From positions 6,830 to 70,829 of the forward strand of contig CAVVKQ010000013.1 in NCBI GenBank assembly GCA_963748985.1: a stretch of DNA of 64,000 nucleotides, given 5' to 3'. Positions within the stretch are counted from its first letter, which is position 1; the number at the start of each line of letters is the position of its first letter. The notes below the pieces were generated by a model, which worked only from the letters and a program-made list of their open reading frames with translations, searched no databases and had not been told where the DNA came from. This document shows, piece after piece, positions 37,399 to 47,025 of this stretch. A program made the translations under genes and the position numbers. Source of the DNA: an uncultured Pseudomonadota bacterium (lineage in GTDB: Bacteria > Pseudomonadota > Gammaproteobacteria > Steroidobacterales > Steroidobacteraceae).

Positions 37399-39348
37399 TC
37401 AACTGCGCAGCTCCGGCCGGTCACGGAACTCCTCGAGGGCTGCCGGGTTCGCCAGCGCATCGGTGTTCTTGACCGCGCGGCCGTGCACGACCTCGCGCAC
37501 CGCAAGCTCGACGATCTTGCCGCTGATCGTGCGCGGGATGTCACGGACCGCGACGATCCTGGCCGGCACGTGCCGTGGCGTAGTGTTGTTCCGGATCACG
37601 TCGCGGATGCGCTTTTCGAGCGTCGCGTCGAGCGTGACGCCGGCGCGCAGGCGCACGAACAGCACGACGCGTACGTCGTTGTCCCAGTCCTGGCCGATTG
37701 CGATGCTCTCGAGGATCTCGTCCAGCTTCTCGACCTGCCGATAGATCTCCGCGGTGCCGATGCGGACGCCGCCGGGATTGAGGACGGCGTCGGAACGTCC
37801 CAGGATCACGAGCCCGCCGCGTGCCGTGAGCACAGCAAAATCACCATGACACCAGGCGTTCGGGAAGCGCTCGAAATACGCGGCGCGATACCGGCTGCCG
37901 TCAGGATCGTTCCAGAAACCGACCGGCATCGAAGGGAAGGGCGCGGTGCAGACGAGTTCGCCCTGCTGGCCCTGCAGCGGCCGGCCGTCGTCGTCGAACA
38001 CTGCGACGCGCATGCCGAGTCCCCGGCATTGCAGTTCGCCGCGATAGACGGGCAGCGTGGGATTGCCGAGCGCGAAGCAGGACACGATGTCGGTGCCACC
38101 CGAGATCGACGCGAGCTGGATATCGGCGCCGATCGCGTCCCGCACGAAGTCGAACTGCTCGTGCGCAAGCGGCGAACCTGTCGACAGGACGGTACGCAGG
38201 TGCGCGAGATCGACCTGGTCGATGGGCCGATAGCCGCTCTTTTCCAGCGCAGCGAGATACTTCGGGCTCGTGCCGAACTGGGCGACACGCTCCTCGCTTG
38301 CCAGCCGCCACAACACGCCTTCGTCCGGATGGAACGGCGACCCGTCGAACAGCACAACGGTGGCCTGCGATGCCAGCGCGCTCGCGAGCCAGTTCCACAT
38401 CATCCAGCCGCACGTCGTGAAAAAAAACAACCGCTCGCCGGGATGCACGTCAGAGTGCAACTGGTGTTCCTTCAGGTGCTGCAGCAGCGTGCCGCCTGCA
38501 CCGTGGACGATGCACTTCGGCACGCCCGTGGTGCCCGATGAATAGAGAATGTAGAGCGGATGGTCGAATGGCAGGCGCTCGAAGGTCAGCGTTGCGCCTG
38601 GTTGACCGAACTCGTCGTAGCGAGTTGCCGCCGGCAATCGCGTGAGGTCCGGTCGTGGACTCACATTCGCCACGACGACCACGCACGTGACCGAAGGCAG
38701 GCTTGCGAGGATGCCCGCGATGCGCTCGATCGAATCGAGCGTCTTGCCGCCGTAGCAGTAACCGTCGGCCGTAAAGAGCACTTTCGGCGCGATCTGCCCG
38801 AAGCGGTCGAGCACGCCGCGAATGCCGAAGTCGGGCGAGCATGACGACCAGGTTGCGCCGAGGCTCGTCGTTGCCAGCATCGCGACGAGCGTTTCCGGCA
38901 GGTTCGGCATGAAGCCTGCGACACGATCGCCAGCGACGATGCCGGACGCTCGCAGTCCATCGGCTACTCGTGCGACCTCAGCGCGCAGCTGGTCCCAGGA
39001 CATCTCCCTGCGCCGGCCGCGTTCGTCCCGCGCGATGATGGCGGGTCCGCTGCCGGTGCCTCGCAGCAGGTTTTCGGCAAAGTTCAGCCGGGTACCCTCG
39101 AACCAGGTGGCCCCGGGCATGCGCTCGGCGTCCCGCAACACTGGATCCGGGCCGCGGTCAGCGATTACGCCGGCGAAGTCGAAAACGGCACTCCAGAAGG
39201 CGGCCGGTTCGTCAACCGACCATTGCCACAGCGACGAGTAATTGCCGCCGGGCGCACCGCGTTCGCGGGCGAACGCGTGAAATGCCGTCAGCTGCGCGGC
39301 AGCGATGCGTGCGGCGGACGGAGTCCAGTGGGGCGTCTCGTCGTTCAT
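37399..39348 (-). CDS. Acetoacetyl-CoA synthetase (acetoacetate-CoA ligase)
   Basis: ORF 37399..39396, trimmed to ATG 39348 (MNDETPHWTPSAARIAAAQLTAF..LWQWSVDEPAAFW..). AMP-binding motif ..ILYSSGTTGVPKCIVH.. About 649 aa. It contains an in-frame T8 run (plus-strand A8 at 38420-38427). Confidence 0.9.
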   Translation of the reverse strand: MNDETPHWTPSAARIAAAQLTAFHAFARERGAPGGNYSSLWQWSVDEPAAFWSAVFDFAGVIADRGPDPVLRDAERMPGATWFEGTRLNFAENLLRGTGSGPAIIARDERGRRREMSWDQLRAEVARVADGLRASGIVAGDRVAGFMPNLPETLVAMLATTSLGATWSSCSPDFGIRGVLDRFGQIAPKVLFTADGYCYGGKTLDSIERIAGILASLPSVTCVVVVANVSPRPDLTRLPAATRYDEFGQPGATLTFERLPFDHPLYILYSSGTTGVPKCIVHGAGGTLLQHLKEHQLHSDVHPGERLFFFTTCGWMMWNWLASALASQATVVLFDGSPFHPDEGVLWRLASEERVAQFGTSPKYLAALEKSGYRPIDQVDLAHLRTVLSTGSPLAHEQFDFVRDAIGADIQLASISGGTDIVSCFALGNPTLPVYRGELQCRGLGMRVAVFDDDGRPLQGQQGELVCTAPFPSMPVGFWNDPDGSRYRAAYFERFPNAWCHGDFAVLTARGGLVILGRSDAVLNPGGVRIGTAEIYRQVEKLDEILESIAIGQDWDNDVRVVLFVRLRAGVTLDATLEKRIRDVIRNNTTPRHVPARIVAVRDIPRTISGKIVELAVREVVHGRAVKNTDALANPAALEEFRDRPELRS

Positions 39349-39358
39349 GCCCCGGATG

Positions 39359-41384
39359 CTAGCCGTTGGCGCGATTGCGCACCATGGCGGAAGCAACGAG
39401 TTCCGCGACGTCGCGCGTCACGATCGTCTCGTTCAGGTTCTTTGCCTTCAGGCCGTCACCCAGCATCACGGAGCAGTACGGGCAGGCCGTCGCGATGACG
39501 TTCGGGTGCTGTTGCAGGCCCTGCTCGACGCGCGTGACGTTGATGCGTGTGCCGATGTGCTCCTCCATCCACATGCGCGCGCCGCCGGCGCCGCAACACA
39601 TCGATTTTTCGCGGTGCAGGGGGAACTCGAGCAACGCGTCCTTGGCGACGCGACCGAGCACCGCACGCGGCGCCTCGAATTCGCCGTTGTGGCGGCCGAG
39701 GTAGCAGGGGTCGTGCAGCAGCACGCGTTCGTGCGTCGGCCGGACCTCGATGCGCTTTTCCGCCAGCAGCCGATCGATCAGCTGCGTGTGGTGCACGACC
39801 TCCCAACGGCCGCCGAACGCGGGATATTCATTGCGCAGCGAATTGAACGCGTGCGGGTCGCAGGTCACGATCCGCTTGACGCCCAGGCCATTGAAGGATT
39901 CGACGAGCGTCGCCGCGAGCTGCTGGAACAGCATCTCGTTGCCGGCGCGTCGCACGCACTCGCCGGTGGTGGGCTCCTGCGCGCCGAGGATGCCAAAACG
40001 GACGCCGGCTTCGCGCAGGATCTCGACGAACGCGCGTGCGATCTTCTGGCCGTTCAGGTCGAAGGATTCCGCGGAGCCCACGTAGAACAGCCACTCGACC
40101 CCGGCCATGTCCGCAGCGCTGCGGATGAGCGGCACGTCGAGGCCCTTGGCCCAGTCACCGCGCGTGTCCGCGGGCAGTCCCCAGGGGTTCGACTGCACTT
40201 CGTAGGCGTCGAACACGTTCTTGAGTTCGGCGGGGAACTCGCCGTCCATCATCACGCGATGCTGGCGCAGCCGATAGAACTTCGGCAGCAGTTCGAGTTC
40301 GATCGGGCACGCAGCTTCGCAGTAGCCGCAGGTGGTGCAGGACCACAGCGTGTCTTCGCTGATCACGTCGCCCACCAGGGCCGGCAGGTTCGCCGTGGCT
40401 TCGCCGCCCGCGAGTATGGCCTCGCGCTGTTCGAGCAGGTGGTGCTTGAGGCTGTCGTTGACGCCTTTCATCGAGAGCGGCTTGCCGGTCTGGAATGCCG
40501 GGCAGGCATCCTTGCAGCGGCCGCATTCGGTGCAGGTGAATGCGTCCAGGGCGTCCTTCCACACGAGGTCGGCCACGCTGCGCGCGCCGACTTTCAGTTC
40601 GCTTGCGTCCGCGGAGTCGTCCATGAGTGGACTCAGGTCGACGATCGGCACCGTATTGGCCGGTTTGCCACGACGGAAGAAGAGCGCGGGCAGTGCCGTG
40701 ACGATGTGGAAGTGTTCGCCGAGCGGCAGCAGCACGAGAAAGGCGCAGACGGTGATCATCTGCGTCCAGTACGAGACCGCAGCGGCGGTCGCAAGCGCGG
40801 ATGGCGACCAACCCGCGACCAGTGCCGCGAGCCATCCGCCAACGGGTGCATGGGCGCGCTCGTGCGCGATGGCCGGAACGGAGTCCGCCAGCTGCGCGAA
40901 GCGGAACGCGTCGAACGCGAGATCGGTGATCATGATGATTGCGATGAGGCTGAGCACCAGCAGCCCTTCGCGGTTGGGCTCCAGCCGCGCGGGCTTGAGC
41001 AGCAACCGGCGGTAGAAGGCGTAGCTGACGGCAAGCAGCACACTGACTTCGACCAGGTCCTTCCAGACGGTGAAGGCGTCCCCCAGCGAACCGGTCAACG
41101 CGAACTCGGCATCGAAGCCGATGACGACGAGCTGCAGCTTGCGCACCAGCAACGAAACGAAACCCAGGAAGATGACCGTGTGCATCACCCCGGGTTTCCA
41201 CTCGCGGCGGATCATTCGCTGCTGCAGCAGTCCATTGGATGACGACCGTGCGCAGGCGGTCCCACGGGTGGTCCCAGCGGATCTCCGGCTGCAGGGCCGC
41301 GACGATGGCGAGCTTGCGCACGCTGAACCAGGCGAATGCCGCGAACGCGGCCAGCAGCAACGCAGTAATTCCAAGCGGACTCAA
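39359..41384 (-). CDS. Membrane-anchored (Fe-S)-binding oxidoreductase (2x[4Fe-4S] plus two CCG domains, HdrD/GlpC-like); the reading frame is broken by a 1-nt shift near 41237, so it may be a pseudogene or a sequence error
   Basis: The main frame (39359..41236) carries CTECGRCKDACP, CTTCGYCEAACP and CCG-domain motifs (..MCCGAGG..). The first ~49 codons (TTG 41384 preceded by GGAGG at 41390-41394; MSPLGITALLLAAFAAFAWFSVRKLAIVAALQPEIRWDHPWDRLRTVVI) lie in a different frame (track ORF 40155..41384). Confidence 0.75.
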
Positions 41385-41511
41385 GCCGACCTCCAGCTGC
41401 GCCGCGCGGGTTCGACGCAGGCCTATTGCGCTGCACTATCACGAGCGGAGTCACGATGTACAATTCGGGTTTCCACCACAGTCCGCCGTGGGCGGCACGA
41501 GGGCACGGTTC

Positions 41512-43167
41512 ATGCAGCGCGAAGCGATGGAGTTCGACGTCGTCGTCGTCGGGGCCGGTCCTGCAGGTCTCGCCGCCGCGATTCGACTGAAACAGCAGGC
41601 CGTCGCGGCCGGCAGCGAACTCAGCGTTTGCGTGCTCGAAAAGGGTTCCGAGGTCGGTGCGCACGTTCTCTCGGGTGCGGTCATCGATCCGATCGCGCTC
41701 GCGGAATTGTTTCCGGACTGGAAGGCGCGGGGCGCGCCGATCGAGACCCCCGTGCAGGAAGACCGGTTCCTGGTCCTGACGCAGGACAAGGCGCGCCGCA
41801 TTCCGAACTGGCTGCTGCCCCCGCTGATGGACAACCACGGCATGTACATCGCGAGCCTCGGCAACGTCTGTCGCTGGCTCGGCCAGCGCGCCGAAGAACT
41901 CGGCGTCGAAGTGTTTCCCGGCTTCGCGGCCGCCGAAGTGCTGTTCAACGATGACGGCTCGGTCAAGGGCGTCGCGACGGGTGACATGGGCATCGGCAAG
42001 AACGGCGAGCACAAGGATTCGTACGCGCAGGGCATGGAACTGCATGCGAAGTACACCCTGTTCGCCGAGGGTTGCCGCGGCTCGCTGTCGCAGCAACTGA
42101 TGTCGAAGTTCAACCTGCGTGACGGTGTCGATCCGCAGGTGTACGGCCTCGGTGTCAAGGAACTCTGGCAGGTGCCGAAGGAAAATCACCAGCCCGGACT
42201 CGTCGTGCACAGCCAGGGTTGGCCGCTGCCGGACGACGTGGGCGGCGGCTCGTTCCTCTATCACTTTGGCGACGGCCTGATCTCGGTCGGTTTCGTGACG
42301 CACTTGAGTTACGCAAACCCGCACCTCTCGCCGTTCGAGGAGATGCAGCGGTTCAAGACCCACCCGGCGATCCGCGGCTATTTCGAAGGCGGCAAGCGCC
42401 TGGCCTACGGTGCGCGCGCCATCAACGAAGGCGGCCTGCAGTCGATCCCGAAGCTCACGTTCCCGGGCGGCGCGCTGATCGGCTGCACCGCGGGTTTCGT
42501 CAACCTGCCGCGCATCAAGGGCTCGCACAACGCGATGAAGACCGGGATGCTCGCGGCCGAGGCAGCCTTTGCGGCGGTGGTGGCCGGTCGCGCGAACGAC
42601 GAGCTGACGGCCTATCCGGAAGCGTTCCGCAACTCCTGGGCGTATCGCGACCTGCACAAGGTACGAAACGTGAAGCCGGGCCTGAAGTGGGGCCTTTGGG
42701 CGGGCAGCGCGCACGGTGGCGTCCACATGTGGCTCAACGACCTTGGCCTGGGCGCGCTCGTCGGTTGGACGCTGCGCCATGGCAAGGCCGACCACGAGTG
42801 CCTGAAGCCTGCGGCGGAAATGCCGCGGATCGACTACCCGCGGCCGGACGGCAAGTTGACGTTCGACCGGCTCTCGTCGGTGTTCCTGTCAGGGACGGCG
42901 CACGAGGAAGACCAGCCCGTGCACCTGCGTCTGCGCGATCCGTCGATTCCAGTGGCGGTGAATCTCGCGCGCTACGACGGACCCGAGAACCGCTATTGCC
43001 CGGCGGGTGTCTATGAGTTCGTGCCTGCAGAAGGCGGTGGGCAGCGGCTGCAGATCAACGCGCAGAACTGCGTGCACTGCAAGACGTGCGACATCAAGGA
43101 CCCGCAGCAGAACATTCACTGGGTTACGCCGGAAGGCGGTGGCGGTCCGAACTACGCGTCGATGTAG
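41512..43167 (+). CDS. Electron-transfer flavoprotein:ubiquinone oxidoreductase (ETF-QO)
   Basis: ORF 41239..43167, trimmed to ATG 41512 (ATG 41527 is an alternative). ..MEFDVVVVGAGPAGLAAAIRL.. FAD motif, C-terminal 4Fe-4S region ..NCVHCKTCDIKDP.., and ending ..PEGGGGPNYASM. Confidence 0.92.
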   Translation: MQREAMEFDVVVVGAGPAGLAAAIRLKQQAVAAGSELSVCVLEKGSEVGAHVLSGAVIDPIALAELFPDWKARGAPIETPVQEDRFLVLTQDKARRIPNWLLPPLMDNHGMYIASLGNVCRWLGQRAEELGVEVFPGFAAAEVLFNDDGSVKGVATGDMGIGKNGEHKDSYAQGMELHAKYTLFAEGCRGSLSQQLMSKFNLRDGVDPQVYGLGVKELWQVPKENHQPGLVVHSQGWPLPDDVGGGSFLYHFGDGLISVGFVTHLSYANPHLSPFEEMQRFKTHPAIRGYFEGGKRLAYGARAINEGGLQSIPKLTFPGGALIGCTAGFVNLPRIKGSHNAMKTGMLAAEAAFAAVVAGRANDELTAYPEAFRNSWAYRDLHKVRNVKPGLKWGLWAGSAHGGVHMWLNDLGLGALVGWTLRHGKADHECLKPAAEMPRIDYPRPDGKLTFDRLSSVFLSGTAHEEDQPVHLRLRDPSIPVAVNLARYDGPENRYCPAGVYEFVPAEGGGQRLQINAQNCVHCKTCDIKDPQQNIHWVTPEGGGGPNYASM

Positions 43168-43258
43168 ATCGCGCGCAACGGCATTGCGGCGACGGGCGGC
43201 TCGCGTGACGCGGTGGTTGTTCGTGATGCAACAGCCGCACCTGGCGGCACCGGCACGG

Positions 43259-43359
43259 CTGGCTTCCGACTCGTTCGGAAGGCCGTGCGAGGCATGGACG
43301 CCGAGCCGGAGCCCCCATGGATGGGTTTACGGCGTCCTTGCGAACGAGTCGGAAGCCAG
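43259..43359. repeat. Nested-palindrome extragenic repeat, copy A: perfect 19-bp outer inverted repeat enclosing a 57-nt conserved core
   Basis: Arms CTGGCTTCCGACTCGTTCG (43259-43277) and CGAACGAGTCGGAAGCCAG (43341-43359). Core 43281-43337: GGCCGTGCGAGGCATGGACGCCGAGCCGGAGCCCCCATGGATGGGTTTACGGCGTCC, which recurs at 50653-50710 and 50804-50858. Confidence 0.85.
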
Positions 43360-43436
43360 TCGCGGCGGTGCGGGAAGCCGCAGCCGTCTGATTCCTCAGT
43401 CGACGACCGCTATGCGTTCGCTTGGCACTGCCACTA

Positions 43437-44204
43437 TCAGCGCGGCGCCATCCGGATCGCGCCGTCGAGACGGATCGTCTCACCGTTCAGCATCGGGTTT
43501 TCGACGATCTGGCCCACCAGTTGCGCGTATTCCGCCGGCCAGCCGAGACGCGGCGGGAACGGCACCTGCTTGCCGAGGGAATCGCGCGCTTCTTCCGGCA
43601 AGGCCGCCAGCATCGGAGTCATGAAAAGACCCGGCGCGATCGTGACGACCCGAATGCCGGAGGACGCCAGTTCGCGCGCCATCGGCAGCGTCATGCCGAC
43701 CACACCGCCTTTCGACGCGGCGTAAGCAACCTGGCCGATCTGGCCGTCGAACGCAGCGACTGATGCCGTCATCACCAGGGCACCGCGTTCGCCTGCCGCA
43801 TTCGGCGTGTTCTGCTGCATGGCCGCCGCTGCTTCCTTGCACAGCAGCAGCGTGCCGACCAGGTTGATCTCGATGACCTTGCGAAAGAAGTCACCCGGCA
43901 TCGAGCCTTCCTTGCCGACCATGCGCTTCGGCCAGCCCACGCCCGCGCAACTCACGGCGAGGTTGAGCCCGCCCATTGCGGTGGTCGCCGCGGCCACGGC
44001 CGAGGCAACGGCGCTTTCCGCAGTCACGTCGACCTTGTGGAAGCTTGCGGCCGGACCGAGCCTGCGCACGGCCTCAACGCCGGCTTGATCGTTGACGTCG
44101 AACAGCGCGACCTTGCCACCCGCAGCAACCACGAGTTCAGCCACGGCCAGGCCGAGGCCCGAGGCGCCGCCACTGACGATGGCACGCGTATCCTGGATCA
44201 GCAT
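43437..44204 (-). CDS. SDR, 3-hydroxyacyl-CoA dehydrogenase type-2-like
   Basis: ORF 43437..44252, trimmed to ATG 44204 (MLIQDTRAIVSGGASGLGLA..). ..AYAASKGGVVGMTLPMARELA.., ..FPPRLGWPAEYAQLV.. 255 aa. Confidence 0.88.
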   Translation of the reverse strand: MLIQDTRAIVSGGASGLGLAVAELVVAAGGKVALFDVNDQAGVEAVRRLGPAASFHKVDVTAESAVASAVAAATTAMGGLNLAVSCAGVGWPKRMVGKEGSMPGDFFRKVIEINLVGTLLLCKEAAAAMQQNTPNAAGERGALVMTASVAAFDGQIGQVAYAASKGGVVGMTLPMARELASSGIRVVTIAPGLFMTPMLAALPEEARDSLGKQVPFPPRLGWPAEYAQLVGQIVENPMLNGETIRLDGAIRMAPR

Positions 44205-44998
44205 CGGTGCGGTCCTCCCGCGAAAAAGTCGAAGTCTACAGTCGCAGACCACCGTCGACGTCGATGCAGCGGCCGGTGAAGAAGTCGTTCTCGACGATGA
44301 AAGACCGCTGTCTGCGCAACTTCTTCCGCGAGACCCAGCCGCTTGAACGGCACGGGCGCGGTCATCTTCTCCAGCATCTCCGGCGGCATGCCGGAGAGGA
44401 TGTCGGTCTTGATGAAGCCCGGAGCGATCGCACCGGTGCGGATGCCGAAGCGCGCGAGTTCCTTCGCCCAGGTGGTAGCCATCGCGGCGACGCCAGCCTT
44501 GGCGGCCGAGTAATTGCTCTGCCCAGCGTTGCCGGCGCGCGAGATGCTCGAAATGTTGATGATCACGCCACCCTGGCCGAGCTTGATCATGCGTTCAGCG
44601 GCTTCGCGACCGCAGAGGAACACGCCGGTCAGGTTGACGTCGATGACGGCCTGCCACTGTGCAAGCGTCATCTTGCTCACGACGGCACCGTCCTTGACCT
44701 TCACCAGCACGGCGTCCTTGATGATGCCGGCGTTGTTGACCAGCACGTCGAGCCGGCCATGTGCTGCGACCACTTCGTCGAGCGTGCGGATCACTTCGTC
44801 TTCCTTCGCGACGTTCAGTGCGTGCCCGCTTACCTTGACGCCGCGGGCTTCGAACTCAGCGCGCGTCGCGTCGAGGTCTGCCTGGTTGAGATCGAGCAGT
44901 GCAAGCGTCGCGCCGCGTGCGGCGAATGCATGGGCGATGGCCTTGCCGATTCCGCGCGCGCCGCCCGTGACGACCGCGACCTTGCCATTCAATTGCAT
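44198..44998 (-). CDS. SDR (FabG/acetoacetyl-CoA-reductase-like) with an apparent 1-nt frameshift about 20 codons before the conserved C-terminus
   Basis: 266-aa ORF with TGGARGIG, NNAG and YSAAKAG motifs. After ..AEEVAQTAVF the listed frame reads HRRERLLHRPLHRRRRW.., while the adjacent frame reads IVENDFFTGRCIDVDGGLRL-stop (stop at 44236-44238), which is the canonical SDR C-terminus. Confidence 0.8.
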   Translation of the reverse strand: MQLNGKVAVVTGGARGIGKAIAHAFAARGATLALLDLNQADLDATRAEFEARGVKVSGHALNVAKEDEVIRTLDEVVAAHGRLDVLVNNAGIIKDAVLVKVKDGAVVSKMTLAQWQAVIDVNLTGVFLCGREAAERMIKLGQGGVIINISSISRAGNAGQSNYSAAKAGVAAMATTWAKELARFGIRTGAIAPGFIKTDILSGMPPEMLEKMTAPVPFKRLGLAEEVAQTAVFHRRERLLHRPLHRRRRWSATVDFDFFAGGPHRC

Positions 44999-45022
44999 GA
45001 ATGCCCCAGGAGAGAATTAAGG

Positions 45023-46201
45023 TCAGAGAAGTTCGATGGCGACGGCGCAGGCTTCACCGCCGCCGATGCACTGCGAGGCGACGCCTCGACGCAGGCCGCG
45101 CTTGCGCAGCGCATAGAGCAGCGTGGTGATGATGCGGGAGCCCGTGGCGCCGACTGGGTGACCCATCGCACACGCGCCGCCATTTACGTTCACCTGGTCG
45201 TGCCGCAGGCCGAGGTCCTGCATCGCAGCCATCGCCACGCAGGCGAAGGCTTCGTTGATCTCGAACAGGTCGACGTCGGCGACCTTCCAGCCTGCGCGGT
45301 CAAGCGCCTTCTGTATCGAAGGGGCAGGCGCTGTGGTGAACCATTCGGGAGCCTGTGCGTGGCTCGCGTACGAGACCAGGCGTGCAAGCGGCTTGAGACC
45401 GGCCGCCTTGGCCGCGGATTCGCTGGTGAGCACGATGGCGGCCGCGCCGTCGGAAATCGAAGACGAGGAGGCCGCCGTCACGGTGCCATCCTTGCCAAAC
45501 GCGGGTTTCAGGGTCGGGATCTTGTCGATGTCGAGCTGGAAGGGCGTTTCGTCGGTCGCGACGACCTGCTCGCCCTTGCGCGACTTGATCGTCACGGGCG
45601 CGATCTCGGCAACGAAGTCGCCTTCCTTCGACGCACGCTGTGCGCGACGCACCGATTCCGCGGCGAACGCGTCCTGGTCAGCGCGCGAAAAACCGTACTT
45701 GGCGGCGGTGACGTCTGCAAAGCAACCCATGGCCTTGCCGTCCCAGGGGCTCTGCAGTCCGTCGTAGAACATGTGGTCGTAGATCTCGGCGTGCCCCATG
45801 CGATAACCGGCACGCGCTTTCAGCATCAGGTACGGCGCGTTGGTCATCGATTCGAGGCCGCCCGCGAGGATTGCGCGTGCGGAGCCGGCGCGGATCTGGT
45901 CTGCCGCGAGCATCACGGCCTTCATGCCCGAGCCGCACATCTTGTTGACCGTTGTGGCGGGAACACTCATCGCGATGCCGGCACCGACAGCCGCCTGCCG
46001 CGCGGGGGCCTGGCCAAGGCCGGCCGGCAGCACGCAGCCGAAGATCACTTCGTCGATCGAATCCGGCGGCAGGCCAGAGTCCGTGAGTGCGGCCGCTGCT
46101 GCGACCGAACCCAGATGCGTTGCCGACACGGGCGAGAAGATGCCCTGGAAGCCGCCGATCGGAGTCCGGCGGGCAGCAACGATGACGATGGATTCAGGCA
46201 T
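45023..46201 (-). CDS. Acetyl-CoA C-acetyltransferase (thiolase II)
   Basis: 392 aa. ..IVIVAARRTPIGGFQG.., ..VNKMCGSGMKAV.., ..NVNGGACAMGHPVGATGSR.., ..CIGGGEA.. Confidence 0.92.
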   Translation of the reverse strand: MPESIVIVAARRTPIGGFQGIFSPVSATHLGSVAAAAALTDSGLPPDSIDEVIFGCVLPAGLGQAPARQAAVGAGIAMSVPATTVNKMCGSGMKAVMLAADQIRAGSARAILAGGLESMTNAPYLMLKARAGYRMGHAEIYDHMFYDGLQSPWDGKAMGCFADVTAAKYGFSRADQDAFAAESVRRAQRASKEGDFVAEIAPVTIKSRKGEQVVATDETPFQLDIDKIPTLKPAFGKDGTVTAASSSSISDGAAAIVLTSESAAKAAGLKPLARLVSYASHAQAPEWFTTAPAPSIQKALDRAGWKVADVDLFEINEAFACVAMAAMQDLGLRHDQVNVNGGACAMGHPVGATGSRIITTLLYALRKRGLRRGVASQCIGGGEACAVAIELL

Positions 46202-46300
46202 GGGGGACGTCCTCGAGAAATCGGGAGCCGCGAAACAAGTTCGTTGCAGTGTACGCCGCGGTCTTTTTGCAGCGCAAGATAAACGCCCGAACGGGTCTGG

Positions 46301-47014
46301 TCAGGCTTTGCCAGCGACTCGAGTGCGCCGCACGCGAGCCGGCGCCTTGACGGGGTTGCCGGCACTGGTCCCGCGCGGCGCGAGGCCGTGCTCCAGGAAC
46401 TGCACGAACGCGTCGGCGACTTCATCCGACGTGAGCGTGCGGCCGGCGCGATACCAGTGCGCAATCCAGTTGAGCGCGCCTGCGATCGCAAACGCGGCGA
46501 GCTTCGGGTCGGTCACGGCGATCGAACCGTCGTTGATGCCGGACTGCAGCAGACGCCGGATGCCGCGGTCGATTTCGGACTTGAGCGAGCGCACCTGCGC
46601 GCCCAGTTCGGGGCCGAGGTCCTGGTGTTCCGCGCGCACCATGCACCAGCCGTACTCGGACGCGATCGCGACGGCGTAATCGTGGATGACTTCGCGCAAA
46701 CGATCGCGTCCACTCCCCGGAGTCTGCTCCGCCTGGCGCAGCGCTGCGCGGATCGGTTCGAGGCCGGCCAGGAAACACTCGAACAGGAGTTGCTCCTTGT
46801 TCGCGACGTAGTAGTAGATCGTGGGCTTGGTGACGCCCAATGCAGCCGCAATGTCGTCCAGCGACGTGTTGTGGTACCCGCGCTCGTCGAACGCCCGTGC
46901 TGCCGTGCGGATCACCGCGTCGCGTTTGGTGCCGTGGTCCTGACGGCGCCGCCGGCCGCGCCAGGCGGCGGCCGGGTCAGCGGTGGTCGGGTTCGCTGGA
47001 GTACTGTCGGGCAT
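46301..47014 (-). CDS. TetR/AcrR-family transcriptional regulator
   Basis: 237 aa. HTH region ..KRDAVIRTAARAFDERGYHNTSLDDIAAALGVTKPTIYYYVANKEQLL.. Confidence 0.88.
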   Translation of the reverse strand: MPDSTPANPTTADPAAAWRGRRRRQDHGTKRDAVIRTAARAFDERGYHNTSLDDIAAALGVTKPTIYYYVANKEQLLFECFLAGLEPIRAALRQAEQTPGSGRDRLREVIHDYAVAIASEYGWCMVRAEHQDLGPELGAQVRSLKSEIDRGIRRLLQSGINDGSIAVTDPKLAAFAIAGALNWIAHWYRAGRTLTSDEVADAFVQFLEHGLAPRGTSAGNPVKAPARVRRTRVAGKA

Positions 47015-47025
47015 GACGGAATCGG

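Noticed and set aside
38420-38427. An A8 (coding-strand T8) homopolymer inside the acetoacetyl-CoA synthetase gene, considered as a slippery or phase-variable site.
   Set aside because: The gene is in frame through it (..GERLFFFTTCGW..) and the protein is full length. I note it only as an internal control for homopolymer sequencing accuracy.
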